From contig ADNK01001866.1 of the NCBI GenBank assembly GCA_000320545.1, forward strand, positions 1-64,000: 64,000 bases of DNA. Reading direction: 5' to 3'. Position numbers and translations under genes: made by a program. The DNA comes from Bigelowiella natans CCMP2755 (lineage: Eukaryota > Protista > Cercozoa). Positions 43,401 through 57,846 of the stretch are shown piece by piece. Positions within the stretch are counted from its first letter, which is position 1. Each line of letters opens with the position of its first letter. Below the pieces are notes generated by a model, which saw only the letters and a list, made by a program, of their open reading frames with translations, searched no databases and had not been told where the DNA came from.

Positions 43401-44607
43401 ATTGTGATGGAATGTGAGGCCTTGTACTTCAGAGAGGGGGCGATCGCCCTGTAAAAGGATATAAGTTGTAGACGTGGTAGTTCTCAAATTTCGTGCTGCA
43501 GTAAGTTACCGATATAAGAGGATTTAGAAATGGCAAAACGTCTGAGAGGTGGAGAATGACCTGCATGGTTTCATAAAGTTAGATTTATAAATTTTTAGAT
43601 AATGTAATCACACCCGTCCCTCGGTGCTCCTTTTCCTCACAATCTGGATGAAAAAAAATATACGAAACTCAATCTCTCCGTACATAAACAACATTATCGA
43701 TGAGTAAACCTTTATTTTGAGTGAGTTGGCCCAGGGTTTTATCGGAATACGGAGGGTGTAGTTCCAGACTGGATTGGTTCTACTGCTTGTAGCCGAAGGT
43801 GTCTGCACACAAGGGTTTTTATGCTTTGTCACAGAAAATTTCCATAATCACATCAACTGGAATGGCTATCAGTCACTTCATAAAGGACTCTATTGCTGTT
43901 GTTCTTAGATTTCCAATTTCTAGGTGTGAGCGCCTCATTGCTAGACTTTGGTGGAAGAACTTCAACGAGAACGTAATGTGATGATTGCTAAAACCATTTG
44001 TTAGTCAATTGATGGAATCTATATATTGTTCTATAATTATAGATGCAACCCCATTTCCTTTGGAGAATGTGGATGATTTGCCCCCAAGATTGGAAGCCCG
44101 TATCTTCGCATGAGTTAAAAAAATTATCACAGGAAGAAAGTTTCATCAAATACAACTGTTACCACTGTAAGAAGAAGGTCTCCCTGTAGGAATACCGCAG
44201 CACGAGGTGCCTGTAAAGAAACACCTCTTATAAGGTGAAGTTTATTGACATAAGCGCTGATATAACCAGATCGCGTACTCCAGTATTAATCTTTATAGGG
44301 GTGCGTTGTGTCCCGAAGATGGTCGATAGTTTTTGTGCAAAAGAATGCTGTGGGACAACACCGAGAGCGTCCTTCCTCGATCTAAATAACAAATTATTGT
44401 CACTTTGTATCTTTATTACAGTGCAAGCTTGTACTTCTGCTCTCTGCTTGTAACATGAGTAACATGAGTCCTCCGAAGAAGAAAGATCTCTCCAACACTG
44501 CTTCCTCCCTTAAAATTTCCAAAACCACGATTTCCTTTCTCTGGCATCTTAGGAGGCCCGCTTGTAACACTAAACTTTCGGAAACCGGTCATCCGACGCC
44601 GCTTCAT
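40491..44607 (-). CDS. RhoGAP-domain protein with a probable N-terminal C2 domain and low-complexity C-terminus; many short introns
   Basis: RhoGAP motifs: DCVEYILDCNRIETPGIFR (Arg finger), AACVLKAYFRQ-LQDPIIP, LPHSNLIVLHYLMWFLSK-VAAQSEKNKMPEYNLAIV..APNLL. A C2-like RTNPVWNYTLRIPIKPWANSLKIK lies at ~43710-43790. Confidence 0.8.
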
Positions 44608-46143
44608 TTAGGTGGCTACTTTTCGTCGAAAATCGAAAGTCCAAATTATGTCGGCGGAACGGCTCCGAAGCTTCAAGGTTGACAATCCACTCATGTATGC
44701 ACTGATGTAACAGAAACTCTTATCTAGTTGCATCGTATTCCAAAATTTTCAAAATACCAATCCATCATCTTCGACATTTCTTGCCCAAACGGACGCCAAA
44801 CCCCGGAAGCCTTTGGGGAAGGAGTTTTAGTGAAGGATTGGCTTCGGTTCAAGTACGACTCATCAGGGGCCAGCTTCCAGTCCCATCGAACCTGTGGAAA
44901 TTTGAACCAAATCTAGCAATTACAATGAATATCGATTTCGCTGATTTTTTCCCGATTTTATGTGACGTTGTATTTGTGCATTCGTGCATTTGCACGTTCA
45001 TGCGTTCATGCCATGTACATGCGTTCATGCGTTCATGTGTGTTGCATGTTGCATGTCAAGTTGCCAAGCCAACGCGTTCTGTTGTTCTGTTGTTCTGTTG
45101 TGCAACCTCTCCATCAATAACAGTGTGTATTGCCATCGATGCAAAACGTCAATGATTGACGCTGATGCAAATGGTGAAAGCTGTTGTCCAAAATAGTTGC
45201 GGATGGCGTGCTCCCTTGCCCCACTTCCCCTCGTCCGCTTGTTTTCCCGAGCAAGGACAATCCTACTGAAACAGGAATGGGACTCGTTTCTTCATTGCGA
45301 CAATACCAACATGCGTATTTTGTAATACGACTTCCCTCGGAGGAAATTCCGAATAATTATTTTGTCTCGACCTACAAATGGCTTGGTTTCCTGTGATTTT
45401 TCTCCTTGCGAAGTCGATCTTCGTACACAAAAAATGGGCTGCCTTCCGATCCAGTGGCAAGGCAGCACAACGCATACCGAGGAATTAACGACCAAAGAAC
45501 TTATTCTTCGTTTAAAGAATAGCACGAATGGCCTGGAATTCGCCTTAGAAACACAATTTGGCAGCGAAATGTAAAGATAACGGGTCCCGAGAGGATTTGA
45601 GGCAGCTGCAGTAAGCTACCGTCAGCTTGCGATTTGACCTGAGATCTCCTATTAGGATGTCTATCGGATAAAAATTGGCCTATTCCTTTTTTACGACGGC
45701 TTTGGTCGGCGTTAAGTGATCTTGAACGTTCTCGTTATTTTTGTCATCATTTATGAGCTGAAAACATCTTGTGAAATCGGACACACTTCACGAAATTGGG
45801 TCCTGGATTTCTTTGCACGTGACGTAACATATAATGTCCACCACCTCAAACTAGGTGGTACATTTTCCTCTTCTCTTCCCCTCTGCTCCCTCGAATCCGT
45901 CTGATCAGAAGAAATACTTTTCCGTACCAACACTAGGCTTTCCCCTGACTGCCAAGTTTAGGTAGCACCGCTTCGTCTGTCTGGGATCCGAGCAGGTTTA
46001 AGAAGAAGAATTCTGAACAAAAGTTCCCAGAACGCTTTTAAATTTGCTCATACCCGGGAGACCTCACAACTATGTCAAATTAGGCTGAAGACGGGAGCTT
46101 GACTATCGGTCACGAAGGAGTAATTTGCGGTAGGAGGGCGATA

Positions 46144-48437
46144 ATGACATCCCCTCCCTCAAAAATCACAATATCCACCAAACCCATAGCAGCTGCTACC
46201 ACCAGCACTACACGAGGTTTCAGAGTCGGAGATCGCGTGTCGCTTACCAAAACGGGGCATCGGGGCAGGTACGTATTATAATGTGGCAAAATAATTCCAC
46301 CGTGAGATCTCCCATTCTCACAGTAGCGCTCGTCATCATCTTGTTCTATGAAGCCCGAAATTCACTCATTTAATCATTTTTTCGTTCATTCATAATTTTC
46401 TTCTTTTCCTCGTTCATTCATAATTTTCTTCTTTTCCGTCCGCTTTCTCGTTGTTCCACTCCTCCCGCCCTCCTTTTTTCACGCCGCAATGCATTGTTAC
46501 ATAGAGTTGCGTATGAAGGGAAGGTGAAGTTCAGACCAGGCCACTTCATAGGAGTGGTCCTCGAAAGACCTGTTGGACTGAATAATGGCGTGGTTAAGGG
46601 AGTCAGGTAGAAGTAGTAGAGGTAATGGTAGAAGCACAACTACTAGTTGCTGTTGTCTGGGTGGATGGGAGCAATCGATATTTTTTGGTATTCATAGCGC
46701 ACGCAACACGCGGACAAAAGATCATTATGTTTCATGCTGCCTCATATTAGGTACTTTGAATGCAAGCCACGCTATGGAATTTTTGTCCGGGCACCAGCTC
46801 TTAGCTTAATCGAAGCCGCGAAATCAGTAAAAAATAGTGGTAGTACGAGTAGGACGAATAGAAGTGGGAGGATGATTTCCAGCTCCAGGAGTACAATGAG
46901 CAACGGTAGCAGTAGTAGTAGTAGTGGTGGTGGTAGCAGCAGCATAAACAAAGCTAGTGCCATCGATCCATTGTCCAAAAGTGGGCGGGTGAGCATTCCT
47001 GTCGTCAAGGTAGCAGCAGATGAACAATAGGCTAGTTTAATAGAAGAATGGGGACCCATGGCCTTGCGGCAGTTTCTGTATGCCAATGAATTGTGTGGTT
47101 ATCGTCCATCCAAAATGCCGCTGCCCCCTCAGAATATCATCAACCGATACACATTATCACGCACTGGATATGGTCACATGCACTCGAGGACCAGCATCTT
47201 TTAACTACTTGTGATTCGCAGAGGCGTTCATCAAAACCACGGGCTAATTCTGCGAAATCTGCAAAGCAGGTGAGATGCGTTGTCGCATGGTGTTGACGTC
47301 GGTGTCATCGAGCTGCCTGGTGCTGGTGCTGCTACTGCTGCTGCTGCTGATGATGATGGTGGTGGTGGTGGTGGTACCAACGTTGCCTAATAAAGGCGAC
47401 ACGATCATAGCGATCAGGGGAAAAACAACGACGACAACCAACGCGAGTGGAATTTTGATGTCTTTGTCTGATACTACTGTTGCTGTTCTTATTGCGTCGT
47501 CGTGATCTGCGGGATTGAAACCTCCGTGAGGATGATGTGCTTACCTCGTATCGCTGCCATTCAGATTGCGCGGATAGTCTCCACAGTGTCTAGCCGGGCA
47601 AAAACGAAGCTCAACAAACCTTCCGAGTAGCTCACACAATAGACAATGATTTGATACCAGCCGAGGCACCGATTATTTTGTGCTTCTTCTGCTGCCGCAG
47701 CAGAACCCAAATATACCAGCTATTCTTTCACTGTCTTTGAATTCGCCACATAGCTGTATTAGTTTGAAATATTTTATCTTTCCGTCTTCCCGCCAAACGG
47801 GTAGAGGGGGTGTTGCCTCCATAGGCTCTTTGATGTTGTTGCTGCTGCTGCCTCTGCCAACGAATCATTCTTGCAAGCGATATTGTCGCTATGCCGACCG
47901 GATTTTTATTATAAGGGAAATTGAAGAAGAATGACAACTATTGTGTTGCATGATTCTTAGGAAGGGCGGAGTGCGCTCCAGTAGCAGGAGGAAAGTCGTC
48001 AGATCACAGGCCTCTCCTCGTGCAGGGTCATCAGATTCGACTCGGAGCCATCTTCATCATCGTCGTAATCCGCTTGCCGCCTCCCCATCCCCTCGGAGTA
48101 GAGCGAGGCCACAGCAAGGACAGACTGCCGGTTTTTCAAGGCAACAAGCAACCCATCAATCGTCGTCACCGTATAATAATAATATACCGAAGATGGCCTG
48201 TGGAAAGAAGACGATGACAACGACGAAGATCAAGAAGAAAGGGACAAGTGCTGAAGTAGAGAAGAAAACCAAAAAAAGAAACGACGAAGACTACGACGAT
48301 GGCTATGACAGCAACAGCAGTAGCAGCATCAACGTGAGCATGATCCTCATTTCTTCATTACGAGCACAAATTAAAGACCTGAAGGCTCAGTTGGCCGCTG
48401 CGACGATGACACAGTCTTCCTCGATACCAACTACGAG

Positions 48438-48475
<38 letters not shown>

Positions 48476-50243
48476 GTGGTGGTAATAATAGCAAGAAGGA
48501 AACCAAAACTATTGAGAGTGTAGTGCCACATTCGATGGTGACGACGACGACGACAAAGCCTCAAACAGAAGTGTTAGCTTCGGTACTAGAGGGCAAGGAG
48601 TCTTCTTCTGCATTAATAGGAGGTGGTGGGGTCGTCGTTGCCAATGAAAATGAGAAAAAAGATACTAACTGTAAAGATGACAAAATGAACGAAGATGGGG
48701 GGGGAGAAGAACTACGTAGTCTCCGTGCCAAACTCATAAAGGTGACTGCAAAGTAGATGCTGAATAAGTAGTGGTAGGAAGTAGGAAGAGGAGGAGTAGT
48801 ATCAGCAAAATGCAATTAGTTGTTTCCGAGGCAATGACTGATCGGATGAAACAAACGAACACCCGTCCCCAAATATGCCCTGCGATTTACATCAAAACAA
48901 GAAGCGGTAGTAGTGTTTCCTACGCTGTGTGTCTGTCCTCCTGTGGAGCAGCCGAAAGGGATGAATAAAAATACTCTTCGGTATTTTCATCTCTCCTGAA
49001 GGTTTTGATTCGTGCTTTGTCTTCTTCGCAACCATTCGTACGAGCGGGGGCAAACGCACACTCCACTGTATTAAACATCATTGTCATTTCTTGTGGAAAA
49101 TCAGGCTGAGTCAGAGCTGAGAGGGTCTTCCCATCGTGTTGAAGTGCTGCAGAGGAAGAATGATGCCGCACAGGCGGAGATCAAGGTACATAGATGGGAG
49201 TCCTGCAGTCGATACCAATGCTGCCGCTTAGGGTGCGTGTTAACTTGTAAGGAGGGTGGGAAATCTTCGAATTACTTTTCAAATATATCATCAAGCAGTA
49301 TTCGTTCTCACAAGAGTCATTCGTTTCGCCATTCCACGGGCAACGGGGATAGAACCTTTCACATTCATAATCGCTGATGTCGTCGCCGTCGTCGTCGTCG
49401 TTTGTCAGAAAATGGCCGAGGAGATCGGTTCCCTACGGAAGAGCTTGATGAGCAGTACCGGTATTCCAGCAAGTGAGGAAATGCGCAAAGAGGAGGCTGC
49501 AAAGCAGCACAGGCAGGGCACGGAAGGAGGAGGAGAAGAAGGAAAAGAAGAATTAGGATATTCGTCCGCAGTAAATGTTAGTTCTTCTGCTACTAACGTT
49601 CAACAAGAAGGTAGGTCACCGTGAGAGCCGACTTGTCCACTATCATCATCATCACCATCATCGTTATCATCATCATCAATAATGATAACAAATAACACCA
49701 TCTTCATTGCCACAAACTGTTGTTGCTGCTGCTGCTGCTGCTACTACTACTACTACTGCTACAATCTCTTGCAGCAGCTGTCGATCGGGAGGTGGTAGCC
49801 CTTTTGAAAGGCAAAGTAGCGTCACAAGAGAAGAAGGTGAGAGGAGGACCGTGACAACGACGAACACTACTCCTGACAAAATGAATATCTGTGCTGCTGC
49901 TGCTGCCCCCGCTTATCCTTCTCGTACTAGAATAGTGGTGATCAAGACTACAGCAAGAGCAAACTGCATGCTATTGCGTTTATTCTCTAACCTTTATCTC
50001 CCTCCTCCCTCCTGTGCCTGCCCTCCCTCCCTTCTTTCCTTCCTCCACGCGTCACATCGGCAAAACATACCAGATAAAGCGGCTAATTGACTCGGCGGAG
50101 GAGCATGCGAGCCTCATGAGAAAAGAGCTTAGCGACAAGATTGCTAAGCTGCAAAAGTCCACAGCGTAATATTCTTACACTATCCACGCTTCTCCCACTG
50201 CCCAAGCCTTCTCTCCACAATTATATATGTGAATATATACACA

Positions 50244-50284
<41 letters not shown>

Positions 50285-50642
50285 CCCCTCTCTTCCGGTT
50301 TATTCCACCAGGGTCTGTGAAAGGCTACAGAGTCAGGTTAGCGAGGGGAAGAAGAAGATGTCGAAGCTGATGCATCAGAACAAGCGCCTACGCCTCAAAG
50401 GGGCGGGCAGGCAGTCTCAGCAGCATGGGAAAATGGCGCTGGCGCAGTTCAAACGGCTCGACGGAAAAATCAAGGTTCCATGTTGGTTATCGAGGTGGAG
50501 GTGGTGCCTGTTTTTGCTGCTGCTTCTACTACTATGTTGCTCTGGTTATGTGCGATCATCGTAAAACATTCAAGTGCCGCTGAAAATCGTCGACGTTCCA
50601 TCATTATCGTCACGATTTTTATGAAGAATTGCTGCATGCGGG

Positions 50643-50673
<31 letters not shown>

Positions 50674-51250
50674 GCACACACACCATAATAATCGCTCATC
50701 ATCATCCTTATCATTCTATATCATCATCATCATCATCATCGTCATCATCATGTTTCACAGGATCTTGAGTATCATCTGCATTACGGGGCCACTGAGAAGG
50801 TAGAGCTAGTTGTAACACCTGTTGCTGTGCTGTAGACGATGATAATGATGATGATGATAATGATGGTAATGATGCATGGAGGACGATTAGGAGAATACGC
50901 CACCAATCCACCAATGATATGAACACTGGGTATATTTTAACGTATCTCAATACGATGGTTCCCTCCTTCATAGAGAGGTTACTATGACTGGTGAATGCTA
51001 CTATAAGTACGATATATTACGATATAACTAGCATCTTTGATGCCTCTTCAAAGGATACTCGAATAGAGAAGCTCATGGAAGAGAAGGACAATTTAGAGTT
51101 ATCTCTCAAGGCAGAATCTACGCGTCGGCAAAGCTATCAAGAGAAAATTTTTGGTGCGTAACTTCCTTTGTTAGGCACACTTCTAACGTTCCGTGCAAAC
51201 GCAAGCGATATTCTCCTCCCTCCTCCCTCCCCCGCTCTCTCTCTCTCTCT

Positions 51251-51303
<53 letters not shown>

Positions 51304-51458
51304 CTACTTCACTTCTCATCACGACGTACATTTTAAGTTTTCTTACTATCTGCATCCGTTGTCTAGAGTTACAATCCAAGCTGGAAATGGCCAAGGCGAG
51401 AGCCGCTCATTCCTGGTTGTTCTCTGGCGAAATGGAACTCGAAGTTGGCGTAACATAA
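46144..51458 (+). CDS. CAP-Gly domain coiled-coil protein (CLIP/dynactin-like architecture)
   Basis: FRVGDRVSL..GR-VAYEGKVKFRPGHFIGVVLERPVGLNNGVVKGVR-YFECKPRYGIFVR, followed by an S/R-rich linker and heptad-like exons ending LQSKLEMAKARAAHSWLFSGEMELEVGVT*. Confidence 0.82.
46383..46437. repeat. 28-bp tandem duplication in a CAP-Gly gene intron
   Basis: cgttcattcataattttcttcttttcc occurs twice. Confidence 0.9.
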
Positions 51459-51512
51459 CCTTGTGCTAAAACTCGCATTGCAAGCAACATTGTTGTACCC
51501 AACTCATATATG

Positions 51513-51556
<44 letters not shown>

Positions 51557-52585
51557 AACTTTATTTGCAGCCGATACGATCTAGCGATGCGCTATGCATG
51601 TTGCCGAATTGAACATTCGATCTGCCATGCAAGCGCACACGCACGTGGCCTTGTGCTCTACTAGTCTAGCTAGCTAGCTAGCTAGGGTGCCATACGCATG
51701 CTAGCATGTCGGTCAGGTGAGCTAGCAGGTTCTAGAGGTTGGTATGTCTAGCGACGTGCTGGCGTGCGCCAGGCTAGCAGGCGACATGGCTAGATGCTAT
51801 GATACCTAGCTAGCTCTAGAGCTAGGTGCGTACATGCATCGCTGCCCATCAGCGAAACATCAGTCTAGCAGTGCGTCACCTAGAGCTAGCCAGCTAGATC
51901 ATGTAGCATGCTCTAGCTAGCTCACGTTGTGCTAGTGCTAGCATGTATAGCGTAGCTCTAGACCTGCTCTACTAGTCTAGTGCTCGCGCCGCAAGCTCGC
52001 TCTCTTTATTCAGCCGCCCAATCTAGCAATCTAGCAATGTTCATCTGTTATGATCGTAGTCATCGACATGTATGCATCCTAGCTAGCTAGCATGTCTAGA
52101 TGTTTGTAGCTAGCGCCAGAGCGGTGGGCATGTCTAATATCTCCAGATCTATAGACAATTAGAGCTATCTAGCTATACCCATGGAAACATATTAGGTATG
52201 TCTCGGTCTAGACGCGTATGCCACGTACGTGTGTATATATGTTCTAGCTAGGTATTGCAAGCGTTCAATTAGCACACATATATGCTACAAGCTATATATA
52301 AATGTAGGCATGTTCATTATTGTGCACGTACATCTAGATATGCCCATGTAACGCGCAAACCATAGCGCTCTTTAGTTCTTGCTAGCATCGCATGGGCTTG
52401 AATGTGTCTTTGATCCATGAATCGTTACGTGCTTCTTCACCCCGACATCACTAAATTAGTGTTGCATTTGTATCAACATTCATACGTATTGACCAGATTA
52501 CAGCAAGTGCAGGCCCTCCGTATATCAAGACATGTCATTGAAGAGCTACATCCTCAAAGCTTTAACTCAAGCGTGGTATTGACTG

Positions 52586-54499
52586 TTATTCCGCGGCCCC
52601 AGAGCGTAAGAATTGATCCCGCATAACTTCAGTTAATGTTACTTTCTCGAATCGATCAATATCAGCCATGCATTTTTGCCTCTCAATCTCGGCCCATTTA
52701 TCGTTTGAGAAGCTCGTGGGAACCCGTTGTCCTAAAGAGTCGACTTCAAAACGCTTTGGGCTTTTTCTGCTGCTTCTTCTGCTTCTGCTGCCGCGGCTGA
52801 AGTTTACTTTTGTCGACTTTCGTTTCGAAACAAATTTGTCAATATCGTCTGGTCTCCATGTTAGGTTAGGTAAATCCACTGCCTGATTCCTAAGATGTGT
52901 TTCATTGGTCAATGTTGCGGCTACTTTTGAGAAGAAAAAGGAAAGCAGAAGCAAGAATAGAAATTGCAGCGCAGGTTGACCTTCACTGTCGGTTAGGAAA
53001 AGTCGTCACATTATCAGTACTTAAAATATGAGCATTGTCGTCATCATTGTCGTTATCGTCCTAATGACTCACTTTATCGATGAGGAGCGGTTTCTTCGAG
53101 TTGAGACTTCGGCCATTTTCTTGTTTTTCCAGCTTCTTGAGAGGATGGTGTCACCGTCGGTCAAGGGAATGTTGTGCAATCTCCATTTAAAAATTTGTCT
53201 CTTATCGTTCCAGTCAACACCCTTACGCATCAATCCTTCTACAGAGCCTGAATTAAAAAGAAAGAATGAAATAAATGTAATATGAAGGAGTAGACGCCAG
53301 TTCATATAATTGTTATATTTCAGAGCAGATATCCAACCCTCATTTTCTTCTGCATACGTAATGGAAACAAATTCATTTTATCATGTTGGTTGTCCAAAGG
53401 GTTTATTTACGTGCTCTTTTTGGATTCTTCGAGGAAAATTGAACGAAACGATCAATATCCTCATCGCTTATTCTTTCCTTGGACCATTGGATTTCCTGCA
53501 GTTTATAAATTTATTCTCTGATGTTATTATTTTAACCTTCTGTTCTTCATTGTTTTGGCATCAAATGCAACACCTTAAGGTCCAAACTATCTTGGAAGTA
53601 GTCTCTGAGCATTTATTACAGGAGTATTTTCAGATTCTTGCAATGCTCCGTTTTGCACACACGTTATTTTAGCGAGAGATAAATAGCATTCGTTGTACCT
53701 CTGGTGATCCTCGTAATAGGTCATCGAAGCTGTGATATGAGAGAGCAATATGAGGGTGGAAAGGAAGTGTTGCATAAACTGTTAAATATAGTTGAAGCTA
53801 TTCTCATCACAGCATAATTAACACATGCAAAGGAGAGAGAAAATGTGGTTGATTCATTTTTTTGTCTCTTTAATCGACTCGGCACGTACGTTTTCTGGGC
53901 AACTTAGGTGTTGAGACCCTATTTATCCACAGTTTATAGCCCCTTCCCCTGAAACATTGAGGAAAGTCATGTGAGAGGAAAATAGATGGAGTGTAGATTC
54001 ACTGTGGTGCTTTTCCCGCCCGATATGTTCGCGTATAAATCTGGCTGCACGCATGTGTAGGCGCACAACACTTATGTAAATATATACGTATGGACCTTGG
54101 AGTCGGGCTATGATCGAACATAGCTCGATGTGGGGAGAGATATTTCCATCTCTTCGAGGGCGACGGTAGAGCTAGACTCGTCGACAAGTACCCATTGCTT
54201 TTCAAGTGTAAACCCGAGCGTGGAGGTGATGTGGGTCTCGAGGGTGTTTCATTCGCCGAAATATTCTGTTTTTTCTGTCTACGTGGTGATGATTGGCCGA
54301 TTATCCTCGGTTCCAACGACTTACGGAGGCTCTCCTTTGGAACCATGAGTTCTCCAATTGACATGAACCTTCTCAGTTGAGAAGGAGAGGAGTTGCTTTT
54401 TTCGAGCACGTTTGCATTGTAGGTGTCATGGTTTGTGTTCTGGTGCCACATCGGCTCCATATGTTGCACACCATTGCGAAGCTGCCTTGGGACGTGCAT
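52586..54499 (-). CDS. Hypothetical multi-exon protein of unknown function
   Basis: ORFs 53999-54520, 53069-53305 and 52586-52954 are linked by GT-AG introns. The protein is S/P/R-rich with no recognised family. Confidence 0.5.
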
Positions 54500-55382
54500 G
54501 AAACAATGACAGGCGCTCAAGCGCGCTGGAAGTCGGGAGTCGCCCCGTTTCGTGTTCTATAAACGTTCTTTTGTCTCAGCCTATCTCGAGTTATTAGTAT
54601 TCACATTCTTGGCGAGGCAAGGAAGGCCTGGGCGTAACGAAGCGTTTTACCGTTACAGGTACGCATTCGCTGTCACACGCACGATTGATGTGCATGACAT
54701 GCTGTGTCAAGCGTCGGTTTTCTCATTGCTTGTACCAGGGTTAGCGACCTCAGTGAATACGCATATGTTGTCGCAGAATCGAAATTGCATGGTTTTTCTC
54801 CTCAGTCTGCGCACAGCATTGAACCTGATATTATTTACTGCTTGTCGCACGCCTCATACGAGCGCTGACTATTTTTCCATTGTGGCATAATTCCTGTCAA
54901 TGGTCTTGTCGTTGTTGTGATATTAGCGGCATATATTTTTTTCTCATTGAATGCAGATTTGAGCATAACATCAAGTGATAGGATAGATCGATCTCCAAAA
55001 TTTGTCATCTTTGGTGAGAGGAAATACGCTATTTTGGTTGTCGCGATGTGAATACCGCCGCATATTCGACCGTGCAAGTTGGTGCGGGTCCTGGTGCATG
55101 ATCCAATAGACATCCAGCTGCATCTGCTGCCTCCTCCCCATCGCGAACATACGCCGTCATCCGGATAGCACAGAAACTCACCACCCCTGCAAGTTTTGCG
55201 TTCGGAACTCCGACGGCTGCGCTCTGGATTTGCGCGAGTTTGTTTCCGCGGGAAAACGAGAGGAAGTCAACAGACCTGAGAGGGAAATTCAATTTTTGGC
55301 TACGCTGGCTTTGTTCAATTTACATTTCGAGAACGAAGGGGAGTGCTGCCGGTGAAGAGGCTGCGAAGAAACCAAAAAATAA

Positions 55383-56556
55383 ATGAATAGTAACTACGAT
55401 CTCGCGGCTGCGGGCGCCCTAACGAGTTTTCAGAACAGCAAACCCATTACGATGCCAAAAAAGACATCAAAATCAGTATCACGGCCGAAGAAGGCGTCTG
55501 CGAAGAAACAAACGACAATGCCTGGCCGAAAGGTGGGACCACAATTTCAACTCTGCATAATTTCCATATTAAGCACTTATTCTGTCTCCCCTCCTCCTAG
55601 GTGACATCTAGGTACATTGGAGTCAGTTATCACGCGAACAGGGGGAAGTGGCAAGTTAAAATCAGATCAAACGGTATCACTCTAATCTAATCACCCATCT
55701 GTATTTTCAGCTTCTAACCCTTTTGGGGGGGGTGGGATTGGCTTTCTCTATGATCATCAGGAAAACAGAAGCATCTTGGATATTTCGAGAACGAAGACGA
55801 CGCTGCTCGAGCTTACAACAGAGCCGCCAAGGCTGTCCATTCCAACCCCAAAATCAACCAGGTGCGCTGGGTAGAAACAGTGAAAAGGAGAAGGAAGACA
55901 ACAATTTGTCGTCTCTTGTTCTAAGTCAGCCGATGCACGCTTTATCTAGGTCCCCGACGACAACTCTGAGGAGTCTGTTCGGCAAAACCACTCCCTAGAT
56001 GCCCGCATTCAAGACATCGCGAAACAGATGAAGAAATCGGTACGATGAGGATCCTACATCATATTTTAATTCCAAATTGGTTTGAATATTCTCATTTGTG
56101 AGAGGCCCTAAACACCAATCTTTAAGACCAACCATTGATTGCCCTTCACGCGCCTGCTTTCACTGTATCATATATTTCTCTCCGCCCCCCCCACCCCCCC
56201 CTCTCTCTTCCGTCCGAACGTACGTGTGTACGTTTCTTCACGCACTATCTATGTAGGACTCAAAGGATAGCCGTCAGTCGAGGAGTCGAAAGCCAAGAAA
56301 TAACGTCCAAAGCACGTATGACTACATATGCACGTACCCTCCGTTCCACCCTCTCCGTGATTCTGTCAAGGAATATATGCTCCCTTCCCACCCGCACGCT
56401 CCCCCCCCCTCCCACAGCATGTTCTAATTACACTTATCATCCTTTTACAGGTTCGCAGCGTATCAAGTAAATCCCGCAAACCCTACTAATGACAATATCA
56501 GTACGTCGATGCAGAATAACTACCGACTTCAGCAGCAGCAGAGTACCCATCACCGA

Positions 56557-56590
<34 letters not shown>

Positions 56591-57137
56591 CATTCAGGTA
56601 CCTCATAAAAGACCCTCGCTATTCTTCTTCCTCTTCAACAGCCCACCACCACCACCACCACCACCAGCAGCAGCAGCAGCAGCAGCAATATCGTCATCCT
56701 CCTCCACACCATTCTTCTACATCCATATCATCTCGACACCCCCACCAGCACCAATCAGCAGCACCCTCTGCCCAGTACAGTGGATATGGCATTCACGGTC
56801 AACGCCTTCAGCAACGACCTCTTACACAAGCCTCTCTGCGACAACAACAACAAGCCCTAACAGCCGCAGGAGCGGCAGCAGCTGCATCATCATCGTCGTC
56901 TTTCATGCGACAGAGGGGAGGGGGCCCCGTAGGTCCCACTGAGAGACACGGAGGGAGGAGGATGCAGGATCAGAAGTATCCACCACGGAAAAGAAAGTAG
57001 AGCACGCACACATATAGAGAGAGGGGGGGGGGATCTGATAAATACATGCGTTTATGCATATTATACGAATAATGCGGGCACATGATAACTATGAAGTAGC
57101 GATGTGGGTGGTGGAGTGATCTGTTTCTATTTCTCTT

Positions 57138-57181
<44 letters not shown>

Positions 57182-57187
57182 GCGCGC

Positions 57188-57227
<40 letters not shown>

Positions 57228-57846
57228 ATGATGACGGTGGCACGTCATTGCGTTTCTTGATAATAATAGGACATGGTCCAAACCATTCACCCCCCCTCTC
57301 CACGTGGGAGAGGAGGATGAGGATGCTATCGTCAACTATGAAGGCGATGACGGCCCACCACGTCTTCGCCAGCCCCCCCTCCCGCAGAACAGGAAGCCCC
57401 CGGTGCAACTTCGAATGCAGAAGCTAACAAAGGAGGTCGACACTCCCACCTTATTTGCAGGAGGAGGAGGAGGAGGAGGGCCTTATTCTCCTCGGCAGCA
57501 GTACCAACAGAGAAGACGAGACGATGGTCGCTCAACAACTGCCATAGCTCATGGGCTCTATGCAGCAGCTGCAGCAGCTGCAGCAGCTGGAAATAGTAGC
57601 AGCAGTAGTAGTAGTAGTAGTATCTCTTCAGCTGCTGCTAGTGGTGGTGGAGGAGGAGCACCGAGTGGAAGAATCGCCTCCTCAGGCACAGCGCCCTCAA
57701 AGAAAGGGCAAGGGGGGGGAGAGGAACAAAGAGGGAGCAAGAAGCACAAGCCGACGCTAAGGCAACATAGAGCGGCGGGAATAGCTTCCAATCTCAAAGT
57801 AACTTGTTTTCGTGGAAAAATAGTTCTTCTGAGTTTTGCTCAATAA
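55383..57846 (+). CDS. AP2/ERF-domain transcription factor with a Q/H/S-rich low-complexity C-terminus; 3' end approximate
   Basis: The spliced AP2 domain reads TSRYIGVSYHANRGKWQVKIRSN-GKQKHLGYFENEDDAARAYNRAAKAVH..KIN. Confidence 0.88.
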
